A DNA stretch of 64,000 nt from Camelus ferus (Eukaryota), in contig NC_045713.1 of the NCBI RefSeq assembly GCF_009834535.1, positions 13,826,001 to 13,890,000 of the forward strand, written 5' to 3'. The position numbers and the translations under genes were made by a program. The notes under the pieces are model-generated. The model worked only from the letters and a program-made list of their open reading frames with translations. It did no database searches and had not been told where the DNA came from. How positions within the stretch are numbered: the stretch's first letter is position 1; every line of letters starts with the position of its first letter. This document shows, one piece after another, positions 13,801-26,675 of the stretch.

Positions 13801-16800
13801 CCCCTTCTGGTACATTCTTCATGTGGGTGGCTGGAGGCATCCTTCGCACCCGGAGGCCTGACCACATCCCCATGGCTCCCTGGCTCCTCCTGTCTCATGG
13901 CCCAGCCAAGAGCAGGAACCTGGAGGCTGAGTGCTCCTTACCCCGCCCCAACACGGCCATACCTGATGATGTCGATGTGGCCATTCTTGGCTGCCAGGTG
14001 CAGGGGGCTGGTGCCATTGGGGTCGGTGGTGTCCCCAGGCCGGGGCTCCAGCAAGGCCGCACACATGTTGCTGCTCAGAAGCAGCTGGACCACCTTGAAG
14101 GAGGAGTCAGAGTAGGGGGGCCCAGAAATGGGGTTGGGGGTTGCAGGTGTGTCCCACGATTCCCACCTCAGAAGAAGGTGGAGCAGGTGCAGTCCCATTC
14201 AGCTCTCTGGGAGACTTACCCCAACACGGCCAAACTCACAGGCAAGGTCCAGGGGTGTCTTCCCCGAGTTGTCCACCATGCACGGGTTGGATTGGTGCTG
14301 GAGCAGCATCTCAGACTGCAGGGACCATCAGGCCTGAGGGTTTCTGTGGGGCTCATGCTGCCCCAGGTGCCCTGTCAGCCCCCAGGGTGGTCCTTACCAC
14401 GTCATAGTGACCATGCTGGGCTGCCAAGTGCAGGGGGATGTGGCCCTCATCGGATGGGATGTTCACCGCTGAGCCTGCCTTCAGCACCAGCTTCATGGGC
14501 TCCTTCCGGCCCTGCCAGGCTGCATAGTGCAGCGGCCGCATGCCTGGGGGCAGGTGGGAGCCGCTGGGAGCTAGCTCCTGACCCTGACCCCAACCCTGAC
14601 CTCCAGGATGCCGATCCCACGAGAACCTGCCTCTACCCAGACCACGACCCTGGGCTGATCCTCCAGGGACCCCACTCCTGACCTTGACCCCCTGCCCCAG
14701 CTCTGAGGTCCCTAACAGGCCTTGCCTTTGTTGTCCTTGATGTCCACAGCAGCCTGGGCCTCCAGCAGCAGGGTGATTAATTCCGTGTTGCCATTCAGGG
14801 CCGCGTGGTGCAAGGCAGAGAAGCTGGGGTAGGTGACAGATACGTATGGGCAAGGACCAGGGCACCCTAGATGTCCCCAGAAGTCCCTAACCCCCATTCC
14901 AGACTGGCATCTTCCTGGCTGAGAACTCACCCATCTGGGTCTTGGAAATTGACATTGATCTTCTTGGTGGAGCCCAGGAGCTCTGGGGGTGGAAAGGAGA
15001 CACAGTGAGGGAGGCTCTGCCCCTCTACTGAGGCCTACCTACCTGCCCTCTCTGGGAAGCCTCAGAACAGACAGATAGTGACTGGCTGGCTCCCTGGTAG
15101 GCTCAGGGCCAAAGCTCCCTGGGTCATTAGTCTAGAAACATTCATTCATTCATTCAACTCTATTCCCTGCACTCAGGTCCAGGTACCAGCTTTCAGATCT
15201 TGGCTTCCCACTGAGCTAAGATGTTGGAAGGTTCACAGGGCCTGTCCTTGCCTGGGGACAGAAGCCAGGGCTGTGCACCCCCACAGGCACACACATGTGC
15301 ACATGAACCCCCTCCATTGGGACGCTGGCTGAGCACCTGCCAATGGTGGGAGGGAGAAAGCCAGCCCAATCTGTCTCTCAGAAGGGCCCAGATGGGGCCG
15401 GGGGTGGCCCAGGAAGGCTGGAACACCCGGAAATGGGGGTATCTCTGGGAAAGATCTCAATTTCCAGGGTGCAGCCTCCCCCCACTCCCAGCCTTGGGCC
15501 TGGCCAGTGTAGTTGAGCCCGTATTCGGCAGTGTGGGAAAAAGGCAGGCAAGTGGGTCGGTGCCTCTGAGTGACCACATGAGAATGGCCACCTTGTCTAC
15601 AGGGGGAGGCTCAGGATCAGTCCACCTGAAGCCCCAGGGGCTCAAACCCTCCCTTTGGGGCCCCAGTCTCCACCAGCTGCCTACCAGAGGAAGGGAGCCC
15701 ACTGATGCCCTTCCCATGGGCTCAGGTCCAGCCGGACTAGGGCCAATCCCCTGCCTGACTGGGCCATGGTTATATAACCCATTTGTGGGTCAGTCACTCT
15801 GGGAGGGAGGGGCTGGCGGGACAGAAGCCCCTTTGTCCCGGCCCAGGACGAGGGTGGGGGTGGGGGGCTGAGGGAGTCAAGTCACAGGGTGGGCTGCTGC
15901 AGGGCCTGCTTCGTGACCCACAGCAGCCCCGGGCCCTCCTGCCTTGGTTCTCAGCTGCTGGATGCAGGGTCTGGGTCCCTCAGTGGCCCACGAAGCCCAC
16001 AAAGTCAGACAGGCCTGAATTCAAATATTCCCTCCGCCCCTTAGTGGCCCTGTGGCCTTGGCCCTGAGCTCAAAGGTTCTAACAAGGCTGGCCTCACAGG
16101 CCTAAGGGCATTTCCAGACAACACAGGAAGGGTCTGGCACACAGTCGGCTCAGTTCGTGACAATCACTAATGTTAGCTCTATAGGAGTCCCACCCCCACC
16201 CTCTCCAGTGCAGGGCTTCTCTGGCACAGAACGGAGGCTCCAGAAAGAGAAGCATCTCCACTCCCCTGCCCCTCCCCCTCCGCTCAGACACTTCACTGTG
16301 CTGATGTCCGCCTAAGTTGGCAGCAATGCCACCCTTCCCCTTGGTGGTCTAGGCCAAAACCTTGGAATCAGCCCCAGGTTCTTTCTTAAGTCTATCTTCT
16401 CCATCAGCAAATCCTCTTGGCTCTACCTTCAAGACACTTCCAAAGCACACTCAGAATCCTACCATCTCTCGCCAGTGCCAGCATCACCACCCTGGGCCAG
16501 GCCAGCATCTCTCGAAGAATGATTGCCATCACCTCCTCACTGGCATCCCCACTTCTACCCTGCCCCCTCCAGTCTATGCCTGTGAGGTCAGGGGGATCCC
16601 GTTAGAACATGAGTCTGTTCCAATTGCTTCTCTCCTGAAGACTCTTCTGTTGAGCCCCTGTCTCACTGAGGTTGGAGGCCAAAGCTGGACAATGGCACTG
16701 CATGAGGTAGCTCCTTTCACTTTGAGTTCCTCATTGCCCCTGTTCCAGCCACATGAGGCTCCTTGATGGCACTCCAACACACCAGCCTCCTCTGCCACAG

Positions 16801-19800
16801 GGCCTTTAACATGCTGGGGGGGGGGCGCTATTCTTCCCTCTGTTATCCCCGGGACTTCCGCTTCACGTCCTTCAGCTCTTTATTCAAGACCTGCTTGGCA
16901 AAGCCTCCCCCACTCCCACCTAAAACGCTTATCCCCTTTCCACCCTGTATCTGTTGTATTTTTCTCTTTAGCCCCCATTACCACCATTTATTTTGTTTAT
17001 TGTTCATCTGCATCACTAAACTACAAGCTCCAAGAAGACAAGTGACCTGGTGACTAAAATGGTACTGGGCGCATACGAGGTGCTCAGTGAACTGGTGACT
17101 GAATTGATACCCTCATCTCATGCACTCCATCCACCTGCCACAGCCAGCTTCAAGTATGTGACCTGTGCAGCCACTCTGGAGAGTCCCAAGCATGGTTGGA
17201 TGCTCTGGTGTTGCTATCTTGAAATTCTGATTTTTTGGACAAGGCAGCCCACATTTTCATTTTGCACTGGGCTCTGTGAATGATGCAGCTGGGCCTGCCA
17301 TAGTCCCCTGTCATTAGGCTGAAGGGAGCACAGACATCACTGTCCCATGGCATCCCCCCAACCCTGCTCAGGGCCACACTCAGCACGTTCTCCCACTGGA
17401 ACACTCAGCCCCAACTCTAATGGTCGCTGTCCCCCCTAACTCTTCTTAGTTCCAGTGTAGCCAGTTCTCAGCTTCTCCCTCAAGACTTCCCAGGCCACAT
17501 TCCTCTCCTCATTCCCACAGCTGGGCGCCCAGGCAGCTGCCAAGCCATGTGTCCTGAGTGGAGCCTGTGGCCAGGCTCACCTGCCTGCATCTACTGGAGC
17601 TGAAATTTCAGAGGGGTTGGTGTTCAAGGCCCAGGAACTGACACAGACACCAGTGAAGAGGTGGAGTCTCCATCCAGAAGGGGACCACTCCCCACATGAA
17701 GAGGGGCATCATGTTAAGGTCATCCCATCCCTCCCCACTGTTGGTCTCTTCCAAGGCAAAAAGAGCTGGGGGAAGGGTAACAGCTCATTGGTAGAGTGCG
17801 TGCTTAGCATGCACCAGGTCTTGGGTACAATCCCCAGTACCGCCTTTAAAAAAAAAAAAAAGAAAAGAGGAAAAGAGCTGGAATTGGATGGAGGGGAGCT
17901 TGAGGTCTTGGAGCACCCCCAGTTCCTATGGGGGACACTGGACACCTGGGAAGATCCCAGAATGGAAGCCTGCCTGGGGCTGGGGAGGCTGCATCTCAAG
18001 GAGACAGGAGCTCTGAATAAAGAAGCAGAGCATGGCTGGAGGGCCCTGGGTAGGTGGGGAGAAGGGGGCAAGTGGGAACTAAACTGAAGGCCCCAGGAGC
18101 CCTTTTCCCTTTTCCGCAAGGGCACTAAGTCCTATGGATTCCCATCAGTAATAGTGAGTAAACCCGTGACTTAGGCTCTCTGGTCTCTTGTGCCCCCCAG
18201 CTCTCTAACTGCTTTCCTGTGACCATCCTTACCTTTGAGGTCAGCTCCAACTCCAGCTGCAGAAGCCCTAGGGGAGCCAACCCCAGACCCTGTCCCACCC
18301 TATCCTCATGGCCTGCCTTCACGCCTCTGCCCAGGTGCTCCTCCAACCACGGAAGCCACTCACAGGCTACTTTCACAGAGCCATATCTGTCCCCTACAGG
18401 GGTGTGTGGTTCTGACCCATCTCAGATTGGCTGAGCCTTGTAGCCTCCAGCCGGGCAAGGCACATTCTCAGCTCCCCCAGGGCAGGCAGCTCTGAGCCAG
18501 ATGCTGGAAGGGAAATCTTAGTGGGCCAAGGTGAGAGAGCACAGGAGCGATGGCCTGCCTCCAGTGAACTTGGGGAAAGGGGAGGCTGAGCCAGGAAGAA
18601 GGGCAGGGTGTCCCCCCACACCCCAGAAGATCAGCCCCTATCCCTGAATTTTCCCTTCCAAGCCGTCTTGTCTCCCTTCAAGGACAACAACTGCTAGGGT
18701 GCTGGTGCTGGTGCATGTGAGGAGAGGCTCCCTTCAGGCAGGAGTGGGGCTGACAGAGCCTGGGGCGACACTGGGAGGTTGAGGAGACAGGAAGGTGTCA
18801 GTGTAGGGAGGAAAGTGTGCATCAAGAATCATGGAGACACCTCTGGAGTGGGGGAGCTCCCTAGGGAGCACTGCTGGACACCACCCACCCCATGGCCCAA
18901 ACTCCAGCTGTACTTTGCTGAATCAAAATATATCTTACTCCAAAGCAGGCCAGTGTTGCCATGACAACCGAGCTAATTCATGGAGGGATTTCTCTGTCTG
19001 ATTTATTATGCCTGCCCCTGTGAGTCAGAGAGCCCAGATTCGGGGGCCAGGGCAGGTGTCTCTCCTGCCCAGAGACCAGGCCATGCAGGGGTGAATGTAG
19101 AGACCCGGGTGGAGACACAGGTAGAGGTAAAAGTCCCCACACCATTCCCAGGTGGCCAGAGGAGAAGTGAGGAGGAACCCCCAAATCTGATGCCCCTACT
19201 TCCTCCGCGCACCCGCCCTGCGCAGTCTAAGGAAATGGCCATAGTGAGCACTTCCTGACCACTTACCAAGCGCCTGGGCTTCATGCCCGCACTCACTGCT
19301 CTTAGACAATGCTACAAGGCAGGGACCACAAACGCCCCCATCCTACAGATGAGGAGACTGAAGCCCAGAGACTGTCTATGCCCAAGGTCGGATTGGCCAC
19401 TAGGTGGAAGCCTTTGCCTTGCCTTCCACCTCTCAATTCCTGCTCCTGCTTTTGAGGCTCAGTTGAGGCCGCCTCTGCCTGAAAGCCCTCCCTTTCTGAG
19501 CCCTGAGGCCCTGAAACCAGCCCCAACTGGCAGACTGTCCCTGCACCTCGGGTTTGGAAGGCAGGGCCAGCCTGTGTGTGTGAGCTTGTGAGGCACGGAT
19601 GTGCACCTCTCTAATTGCACAGAGCAGATTGGAGCAGCCAAGCAGGGGCTGTAGTGGGAGGGGTCCTCTTGGGGCTCAAGCACCTACCCCCTACCTGCCC
19701 CAGAAGCAGTCTCAGCTCTCAGCATCTCCCTGGAGAGAGGGGAGGGAGGCCTCCCTGGCTTACATACAGTTCTGGGGCTGGGTGGGGCACCCAGACTCCA

Positions 19801-20819
19801 TCTGCCACCCATCAGAGCCCTGCTCGCACCCTCACAGGTGCCCTGACACACTGACACAGCCATACGTGCGCAGCCGCACACGCGGCTGGTCCACACGCCC
19901 ATCCATCCATCTCCTGTGTCCCCGGGGGAGGCTCCAGGCTGAGCTGGGATGAGTGCTGGGATCAGGGCTCCAAGCTTCCAACCATCCCCCCGGGCCCTCA
20001 GAGCGCAAGCTCAGGATGGCTCCTGGGAGACCCCCTCCTGCCCCCCAGCCCCCCAGCCCCCATTCCCAGCAAGGAAGCCAGAGAGGACCAGGGTCTCTAC
20101 TGCAGGGTCTGCACCTGCCTCAAGCTCAGCCAGCTCTGGGCGACCTTGGGCCTCTGTTCCCCCATCCGTAAATGGCCCCCAGCCGGCCATGCCTGGGCAG
20201 CCACACCCCCAGCATGGTCCTGCCTCCCACTCCCCTGCCAAGCCTGTTATTAAACACGGTGCGGTGACGGGGTCTGACAGAGACTGTCAGCTCAGTAGTC
20301 GCCCCTCACTGCAAAGGGCCCCTCCCTCTCTCCGTGGTGTCGGGGAAGAGGGGGAATCCGCCTCGCCCTTTAAAGGCCCAGCAGAGACCTCCAGCTGTCA
20401 GTCCGCAGCCCAGGAAAGGAGGGGGACGGAGGCAGGGAGAGAGGGATGCGAACGCCTGCGGTCAGGGAGGTGGGTGCCGCCAGTTACCCGCTGGGGGCTC
20501 GAGTGACGGCAGGGCGCTTAGTGCTGCCCCTCCTTCAGGGCTGGCAACGGTGGGGTGCGGACCGAGGGTCTGGGCGCTGCTGGCCCCGCCCCGCCCCCGG
20601 GGACCCGACAACATCCCCCTCCCTGCCCTGCGCTGGGCGGGGTAGGGGGTTCAACGCTGGAGACAGCCCCCGGGCGCGCCGCAGCTCCCGCCCGTCCCCC
20701 GCGCGCCCCGCGACCCCGCACTCACTGGCCTTCCCGGGCCGCGGCCTCTGCAGCAGCCTCTGCGCGGTCCCCACGTCCTCCGCCTTCACCGCCTGCACCA
20801 GCTCCTGTTCCTTCCCCAT
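4876..20819 (-). CDS. CASKIN1: Caskin-1 (ankyrin repeats, SH3, CASK-interaction motif EEIWVLRK, two SAM domains, long Pro-rich tail); 20 coding exons, 1448 aa
   Basis: Exons in transcript order: 20726-20819, 14931-14982, 14726-14823, 14398-14543, 14220-14315, 13963-14093, 13369-13477, 13177-13285, 12992-13086, 12706-12823, 11615-11716, 11439-11527, 11278-11362, 11101-11192, 10196-10306, 10021-10122, 8532-8670, 6390-8453, 5338-5755, 4876-4972. Total 4347 nt, open; [20 protein letters not shown]...[12 protein letters not shown]. Confidence 0.97.
8164..8204. repeat. Coding 12-bp tandem repeat (GGCAGTGGCAGC x3 plus partial) in CASKIN1 exon 18, encoding (AATA)n
   Basis: Three perfect units at 8164-8199 read directly from the sequence. 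Confidence 0.95.
12200..12530 (+). mobile_element. Degraded L2 LINE 3' fragment in CASKIN1 intron 10
   Basis: Pyrimidine-rich L2-like motifs (cagccacaccagcctcc, agggccttctctgaccgccct, aagggcaagctcctggagagcagg). Boundaries approximate. Confidence 0.55.
13685..13770 (-). mobile_element. MIR fragment
   Basis: cccactttaaggatggggaaactgaggctcagagaag matches the reverse MIR core. Confidence 0.65.
16360..17105 (+). mobile_element. L2 LINE 3' portion in CASKIN1 intron 1
   Basis: L2-like segments ending in the typical tail (gtgctcagtgaactggtgactgaattga). Boundaries approximate. Confidence 0.65.
17770..17870 (+). mobile_element. tRNA-derived SINE (camelid-type), with A tail and 11-bp TSD
   Basis: A-box/B-box-like head (agctcattggtagag...gggtacaatcccc), poly(A), and TSD aaaagagctgg at 17759-17769 and 17871-17881. 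Confidence 0.85.
19240..19400 (-). mobile_element. MIR
   Basis: cccatcctacagatgaggagactgaagcccagaga...gcccaaggtc matches the reverse MIR core. Confidence 0.65.
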
Positions 20820-21500
20820 GGCGCGACCGGGGCCGCAGCGACGCGGCTGCGCTCCGTGCGCTCGGCGCGACTCAGAGGCGGCAACGGCGGCCCCGCTGCA
20901 CCGGCCGCATCCTCCTCCCTCCCCCGCTGCCTCCTCCTCCGCCCGCGCCCCTCGCCGTCCTCCGGCTCCAGCTCCCGGCGCGGAGGGGGCGGGGAGCGCG
21001 TCAAGGGCGGGGGGCGGCCCGGGGGCGGGGGCCGGCGGCGGCGGGCGCGGGGCGGGGGCGCGGCACCTGGCACCGCCTCCCGGACGCCAGGGTCCCGCTC
21101 CTGCGGCCGCTGACCTCCGGCCGCCCGCGCCGGTCGCGCGCCCGGCTCCTTGGCTCCGCCCCTACATCAGGCCGCGTCCTCCCGAGACGCCCCCTCCCCA
21201 CGTGCTGGCTGTGCGGCTCACGCGGGGCCTCTGCGGACACCCCTCGGCACCGGGCGACTGCCAGGGGCTGGGGACAGCAGCCGCCAGGGGCTGGACACTG
21301 AGCCCCGACACGGCGGCGGCGCCAGGCAGAGCCTGAGAGAGGCTTGCAGAGGCTGCGGGACCCACGGAGGGAGGGACTCGAGGCAGTGGGCGGGCGGGGA
21401 CCCAGGCATAGAGAGACCCGGGCACTGGCGGCACGGGAGCCCGCCCGCCGGAGGCTGTCAGACATTTCTGGCCCGTGGTTCCCGTGGGAGGTGTCGAGGG
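20440..21500. promoter_or_regulatory. CpG island / promoter and first exon of CASKIN1
   Basis: Very high CpG density and multiple GGGCGG boxes around the ATG at 20819. Confidence 0.85.
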
Positions 21501-23064
21501 ATTGTGAAGAGGAATCTCCCAATAATGAATTCAGTGTCAGGGAACCTGCCCCCCGCCCACCCTACCCCCGCCGCCGCCGCCCCCTCTCTTCCACCAACTG
21601 CACCTTCTTGCCTTACAGCCTCTGGCCCTCTCCACAAACAATGCAATAGACCCCGCCTCAATCTGAACCCCAACCTCAGTGCACCCGCCCAGTACCAACG
21701 GGGGTGTTACCTACCCCCACATCTACCACCAAGAAGGTCTCAGCTCCTCCATCCCCAGCACCAACTGGGGTGTAACTCTTCAGATCCACCACCAAGGGGG
21801 CCTCAATCCCCCGCACCCAGCACCTATGGGGTCACAGCCCTGCCCAGCACCAATCTGAACCTCCATACAAGCCTACTCACCCTCTAGCCTCCAGCCACAG
21901 TCTCTGGGAGCCCTACACAGGACAGACCTTCCCCTACAGGGGTCTCACCCTTCTGACCTCTTGGGTCTCAGTCTTGAGTCCTTGCCTTGTTATGGCTGCA
22001 ACATTCTAGAGATAGACCAGTTGGGGTCTGTGTCCTGGCTTAGGTTCAGTTTCCTCATTTGCAGGGAGGGACAGATCATTACCCCAACCCATCAAGGTTG
22101 TTAGAACATTTGGTGAGGTTCACACAAATGATGGCCTGACTCCCCTCTTCCTGTGGCCCAGACCATCAAGCTGGTCCAGGAAGGAGGTGGCCAGAGTGTG
22201 GAGGAGGGGAAGCCACAGGCACTGGGATTTCCTGATCTGGGCAGCTGATCAGTACCCTCTATGGGGTCTCTTGTGAAGTTTAGGGAGCAAGTATAGGTGT
22301 CCCAGGGTGCGGGGCTCCCTGAGGGGGTCCTAAACCCAAGGGCCCTTCCCCTCACCCTTTATGGTGACTAATTCCTGGGCATCTGACCATGCTGGTCACT
22401 TCGCAGATGAGCTTGGACATACTGTGCCCTTTTTTACAATTGAAGAAAGTGAGGCTCAGAAAAGCCAAGTGACTCACCTGAGGTCCGCGAGTCTCCAGGT
22501 CATGAGTCTGAGATTTGAACCCACATCGGCCTCTGCATTTGTCTTAACTGGTTTGTCACTTTGTTTTTCTGAGTCTCGGTTACCCCTTCAAAAAATGGGG
22601 GAGTGATACCTCCCCTTAGATTATTTGAGGATTAATTGTGATGCTATTCAAAAAGTACTTCACAATGGAACTTAGTAAAATCTCAGCAAATAGCTTCTGT
22701 AGAAATTGTGATATTCCAGGGTCTCCTTACCTGGGCCATCTGGGTAGCAATTGTATTTTATTTATCTTTGTATCTGCAGAGCGTAGCAGTGTGTCTGGAA
22801 CACAGGAAACACTACCAAAAAAAAAAAAAAAAAAGCAATTATCCTTGCCATTATTTTTGGCTGGCTAAGGTAAACCACTCTGGCTTGAGCCTAACATTTG
22901 CAGGGCCTGGAGTAAAAGTACAGAGGCCCACACATGTTTAAGTATTTAAGTGTTATAAAGTGTTATAAATCATACTAATAACCTGTTAAATAAAATGTGT
23001 TCTGTCATCCTACCTTGACAAATATACTTTCCTCATGACCTGAAAGGCCAAGTTCCAATTTATT

Positions 23065-23362
23065 TTTTTTTTTGTTTTTAAATTTCAGCTTTTTCCCCCT
23101 GTTTTTTTTGGGGGGGAGAGGTAATTAGGTTTATTTATTTATTTTTACTACGCATATAGGATTTATTATACAAATTAAGAGGGTAATTAAATTTAGATTA
23201 TCAAAAGGTATTCAAAGCCTAAATTTAAAGAAAAAATGGTTTTCACCTACCTGATTAACAGGAGTATATTATTATTTATTTTTAACAAAGGGTACTGGGG
23301 ATTGAATCCAGGACCTTGTGCATGCTAAGCAGGCACTCTACCACTGAACTATACCCTCCCCC
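23065..23362 (-). mobile_element. tRNA-derived SINE (same family as 17770) carrying an internal AT-rich insertion
   Basis: Head at 23290-23362 (reverse of ggggagggtatagttcagtggtagagtgcctgcttagcatgcacaaggtcctggattcaatccccagtacc); family tail aggtaattaggtttatttattt at 23119-23140; extra sequence between them. Confidence 0.8.
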
Positions 23363-24861
23363 ACCTCCAAGTCCCAATTTAGAATTATCAGGTGGGAAAT
23401 GAGCTGGTCCCTGCCTATAGCTGCCTCACCTCCATTCTCTGCCCAGCTCCAGCTCCAACTATACCCAACAGTTACCTCTTTATCACTCCTCAGTCCTCTG
23501 GTGGGCATCTTGCTCTGTGGTCCACTTGCTGGAGGACAGACCTGGGAAAAGAGTTGTACAGATTTTCCCAGATTCATCCTGGTAGGTGAGGCTAATGCCC
23601 TAGGAGTCAGGAAGTCTTAAATCTGCTACTGACCAGCCTGGCAACCCTGGACCAGCTCCCTGCGCTCAGCTGCTTCATCTGTAAAATGGGCCAGCAGCTC
23701 TGCCTGCAACCCAAGGCTGATGAGGGGGCACATATGGAAGCAGAGATGTGTGTCTTCCTGGGGTCCTCTCAGCCTCGGGATGGGGACAACACTGCAGGCC
23801 AACTGCTCCTGCTGGGGGTATGAGGATGCAGAGGCATGGGACTTGGGCAGCCCTCCAGGAAGTCAGGCCTCCGAGGATGATCCCAGAAGGAGGGGCTGCT
23901 GAGCCAGCAGAATTGCTGAGGCTCAGCCTGGAGTAGAGCTAGTGGTTGCTTCGCTGCAGCCTGGGCTGGCCCCCTTCCCAGCTGCACAGCAACCTCCCCC
24001 TGGCAGCAGCACAAGCCCTGCTCCTGCCCACAGGCTGTGCGCCTGTTCAGGCACCCTCTGGTGCCCCTCCCAGCCTCCCCTCAGAGCCCTGGTGCCCAGC
24101 CCCTTATGTAGAAAATGAAGATGATGAGTGTACCCTGCTGGGAGCATGGAGTGCACTAGGTGCTGTGGTTTCTGTCATTCGCAGAGAGGCCACCTTTGTA
24201 AAGTGCTCAGCTGGTGTTTGGTATACAAGCAGGGATCAACAACCATGGGTCTTGTCTCCCCTTCCTGCCAAGCAGAGATGCTGGAGCTGCTCAGCCTGGG
24301 TGGGGAGACTGGCCTGGCCTCTCAGTTGGTCCTACCATGGGACATGTGAAGCCGTCCACCCAGAGTCCCCACAGAAAGGCAGACAGCTCATGGTCTGTCC
24401 CCTGGGCCACAGGTGGGACCCCACAGACATCCGGCTGAGTCTTCCCGCCATCCTGTGGCCCCATCCCTCTTTCCTGCTCTCAGGCTCTCTGGGTTTATAT
24501 TGCTCTGGACATACTTCAGGTGCTGGGGTTCAAAGGGCTCTTCCTCTCCCAGCCTTTCCAGACCACATATTCATCTACCACATCCCAGAGCTGCCTGTGA
24601 GCCTGGTGGAGCTGCCCTGGGGGAGCGCCTGTACTTAGGAAGATGGAGAGGACGTATGAGGTGTGGGGGTAGCCTGGGAAGTAGTCACCTCAGCCAGAAG
24701 GGGCGAGGTCAGGGGAAAGCTGAGCCCAGCAGAATGGGTTCTGCCATCCTCCAGTGCCCTTGGATACGTGACTTTACATCCAGCCTCAGTTTTCTCATCT
24801 CTGAAATGGGGGTGGTTCCTCCTCAGCAGAGTCATTGTAAGGACCCAGTGCAGACTGTGGG

Positions 24862-25452
24862 TAAAATGCTCAGCACAATTTGGCAGTTCCTCAAAAAGTT
24901 AAACATGGAATTACCACATGGCACAGCAATTCTACTCCTAGTATATATCCAAGAAAAATTGAAATGAGTACTCAGAAAGGTACTTGTACAGAAAATTTCA
25001 TTATAGCAGTATTTGTAATAGCCAAAAGGGGAAACAACTCAAGTGTCAATCAACAAATGGATGAATGGATAAATAAAATGTGGTCCATCCACACAATGGA
25101 ATATTATTCAGCCCATAAAAAGTAATGAAGCATTGACACAAGCTACCTGGATAAACCTCAAAAACATTATGCCCAATGAAGGACGCCAGATACAATGAAA
25201 TATCCAGAATAGGTAAATCCAGAGACAGAAAGATTACTGATTTCCAGGAGCTTAGGGTAGGAGGGATGGGGAAATGGGGAGTGAGTACTTAAGGGGCAGT
25301 GGTGGGGGTTTCTCTTGGGATAACTGAAATGTTCTGGAACTAGACAGAAGCAGTGGTTACACAACATCTTGAAAGTACTAAGTGCCACCGAATTGTTTAC
25401 TTAAAAATAGTTACTTTCATGTTATGTGAATTTCACCTCAATTACAACAAAA
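24862..25452 (+). mobile_element. Old L1 (L1M-type) 3' end
   Basis: Typical L1 ORF2-end/3'UTR motifs (ggcagttcctcaaaaagttaaac, gatgaatggataaataaaatgtgg, atgttatgtgaatttcacctcaat). Confidence 0.85.
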
Positions 25453-25499
25453 CACCCAGTATAACACCCTGTACAGAATAACTCTTCAAAATGCTATGC

Positions 25500-26600
25500 A
25501 GGGTGCTTAAAACACTAGGAGTTCAGCAGGTGAGGAGGTAGAAGTGGAGCATCCTAACCATGGACAAGGGTTCAAAGACAAGGGTGTGAGGAATTCACTC
25601 TGGCTTCATGGAGCACATGGCTTGTGGAACAGAGAGGAGGGAGCTGCGGGGCCTGGGAGTCCAGAGGGGGACGGGGACCCCTTCAGGCTGCTAACAGGGC
25701 TCAGACTTAGGTTTTCAGAAGACCTCTGTAATGAGGACAGCTTGGAGTGGGCAGGAGTGGGTGTGGGGGACTGTTCTGGGAGAGGGGACAGTGACCCACT
25801 GGATCCTGCCTAGCTGTCACACACCGGTGGGCACTAAACACAGAAGGGGAGGCCTTTTGGAGTGGGTCCATGATGAATGGTCTTGGCCATGGAAAGTGGA
25901 AGTGTCCACAGACAAAGTCAAACATGGAGCTGGATGTGAGCTGGAGACAGAGTGGAAAGGCCCCAGGGTAGAGATGGTACTGAAAGCCCCAGAGGGTGGG
26001 CAAGAACCCTCAGAGAGAGTGTGGAGACAGGAACTCTGGAGGCTACCAGCCTTTAGGGGCAGAGAAAGAGACTGCAAGAAGGTGGGTGATGGTGACAGCT
26101 TTTCAGGAACAGTGCTGTCAACCACTGTGCAGACAGACGTGATAAGATGCAGAAGAAAAAGTATCTACTGTGTTTGGTGGTGTGAGATGACTAGTGACCT
26201 TGTGAAGTTTTCATTGGAGAGCTGGGGGTCAAAGACATGACAGTGGGTCAGGCAGTAAGTGAGAAGTGAGAATGGCTCTTTGAGAGTGTGGGGTGGAAGA
26301 AATTAATTTGGGGTTGTTTCGTGGTGCTTAAAGGTTGAGGGGAAGGAAAGAGGGGAGCTGGGGAAGGTACAGGAAGGAAGATTCCCAGGACCCAGGGCCT
26401 GGGTGGATGGGCAGGGGACATGGCCTTGGTCAAAGGGCCAGAAGAAGGAAGGAGGGTGCAGCTGCATTTGTAAGCCTGCTGGGAGGAAACCGTGGGAGAG
26501 CCAGTCTCAAGGACTCTCTTTTCCTGTGAAAGAGGGTGAGGCCACGTACATAGAGTGTGGGAGAGCTAGAATGAAAAAGAAGGCATGAGGGACCCCAGTT
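25500..26600 (-). mobile_element. Degraded L2 region
   Basis: Purine-rich reverse-L2-like segments (agtgaccttgtgaagttttcattggag...gggtcaaag). Boundaries rough. Confidence 0.45.
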
Positions 26601-26675
26601 TTGGAGGGGTCACTGTGATTAGTGAGGGTACTGGAGGGTCAGCCTGGGGCTGGACAGGCCTGAAAGGGACGGGAC

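Noticed and set aside
17770-17840. tRNA-like sequence (also at 23290-23362 and 58500-58572)
   Set aside because: These are SINE heads with A tails and TSDs, not tRNA genes.
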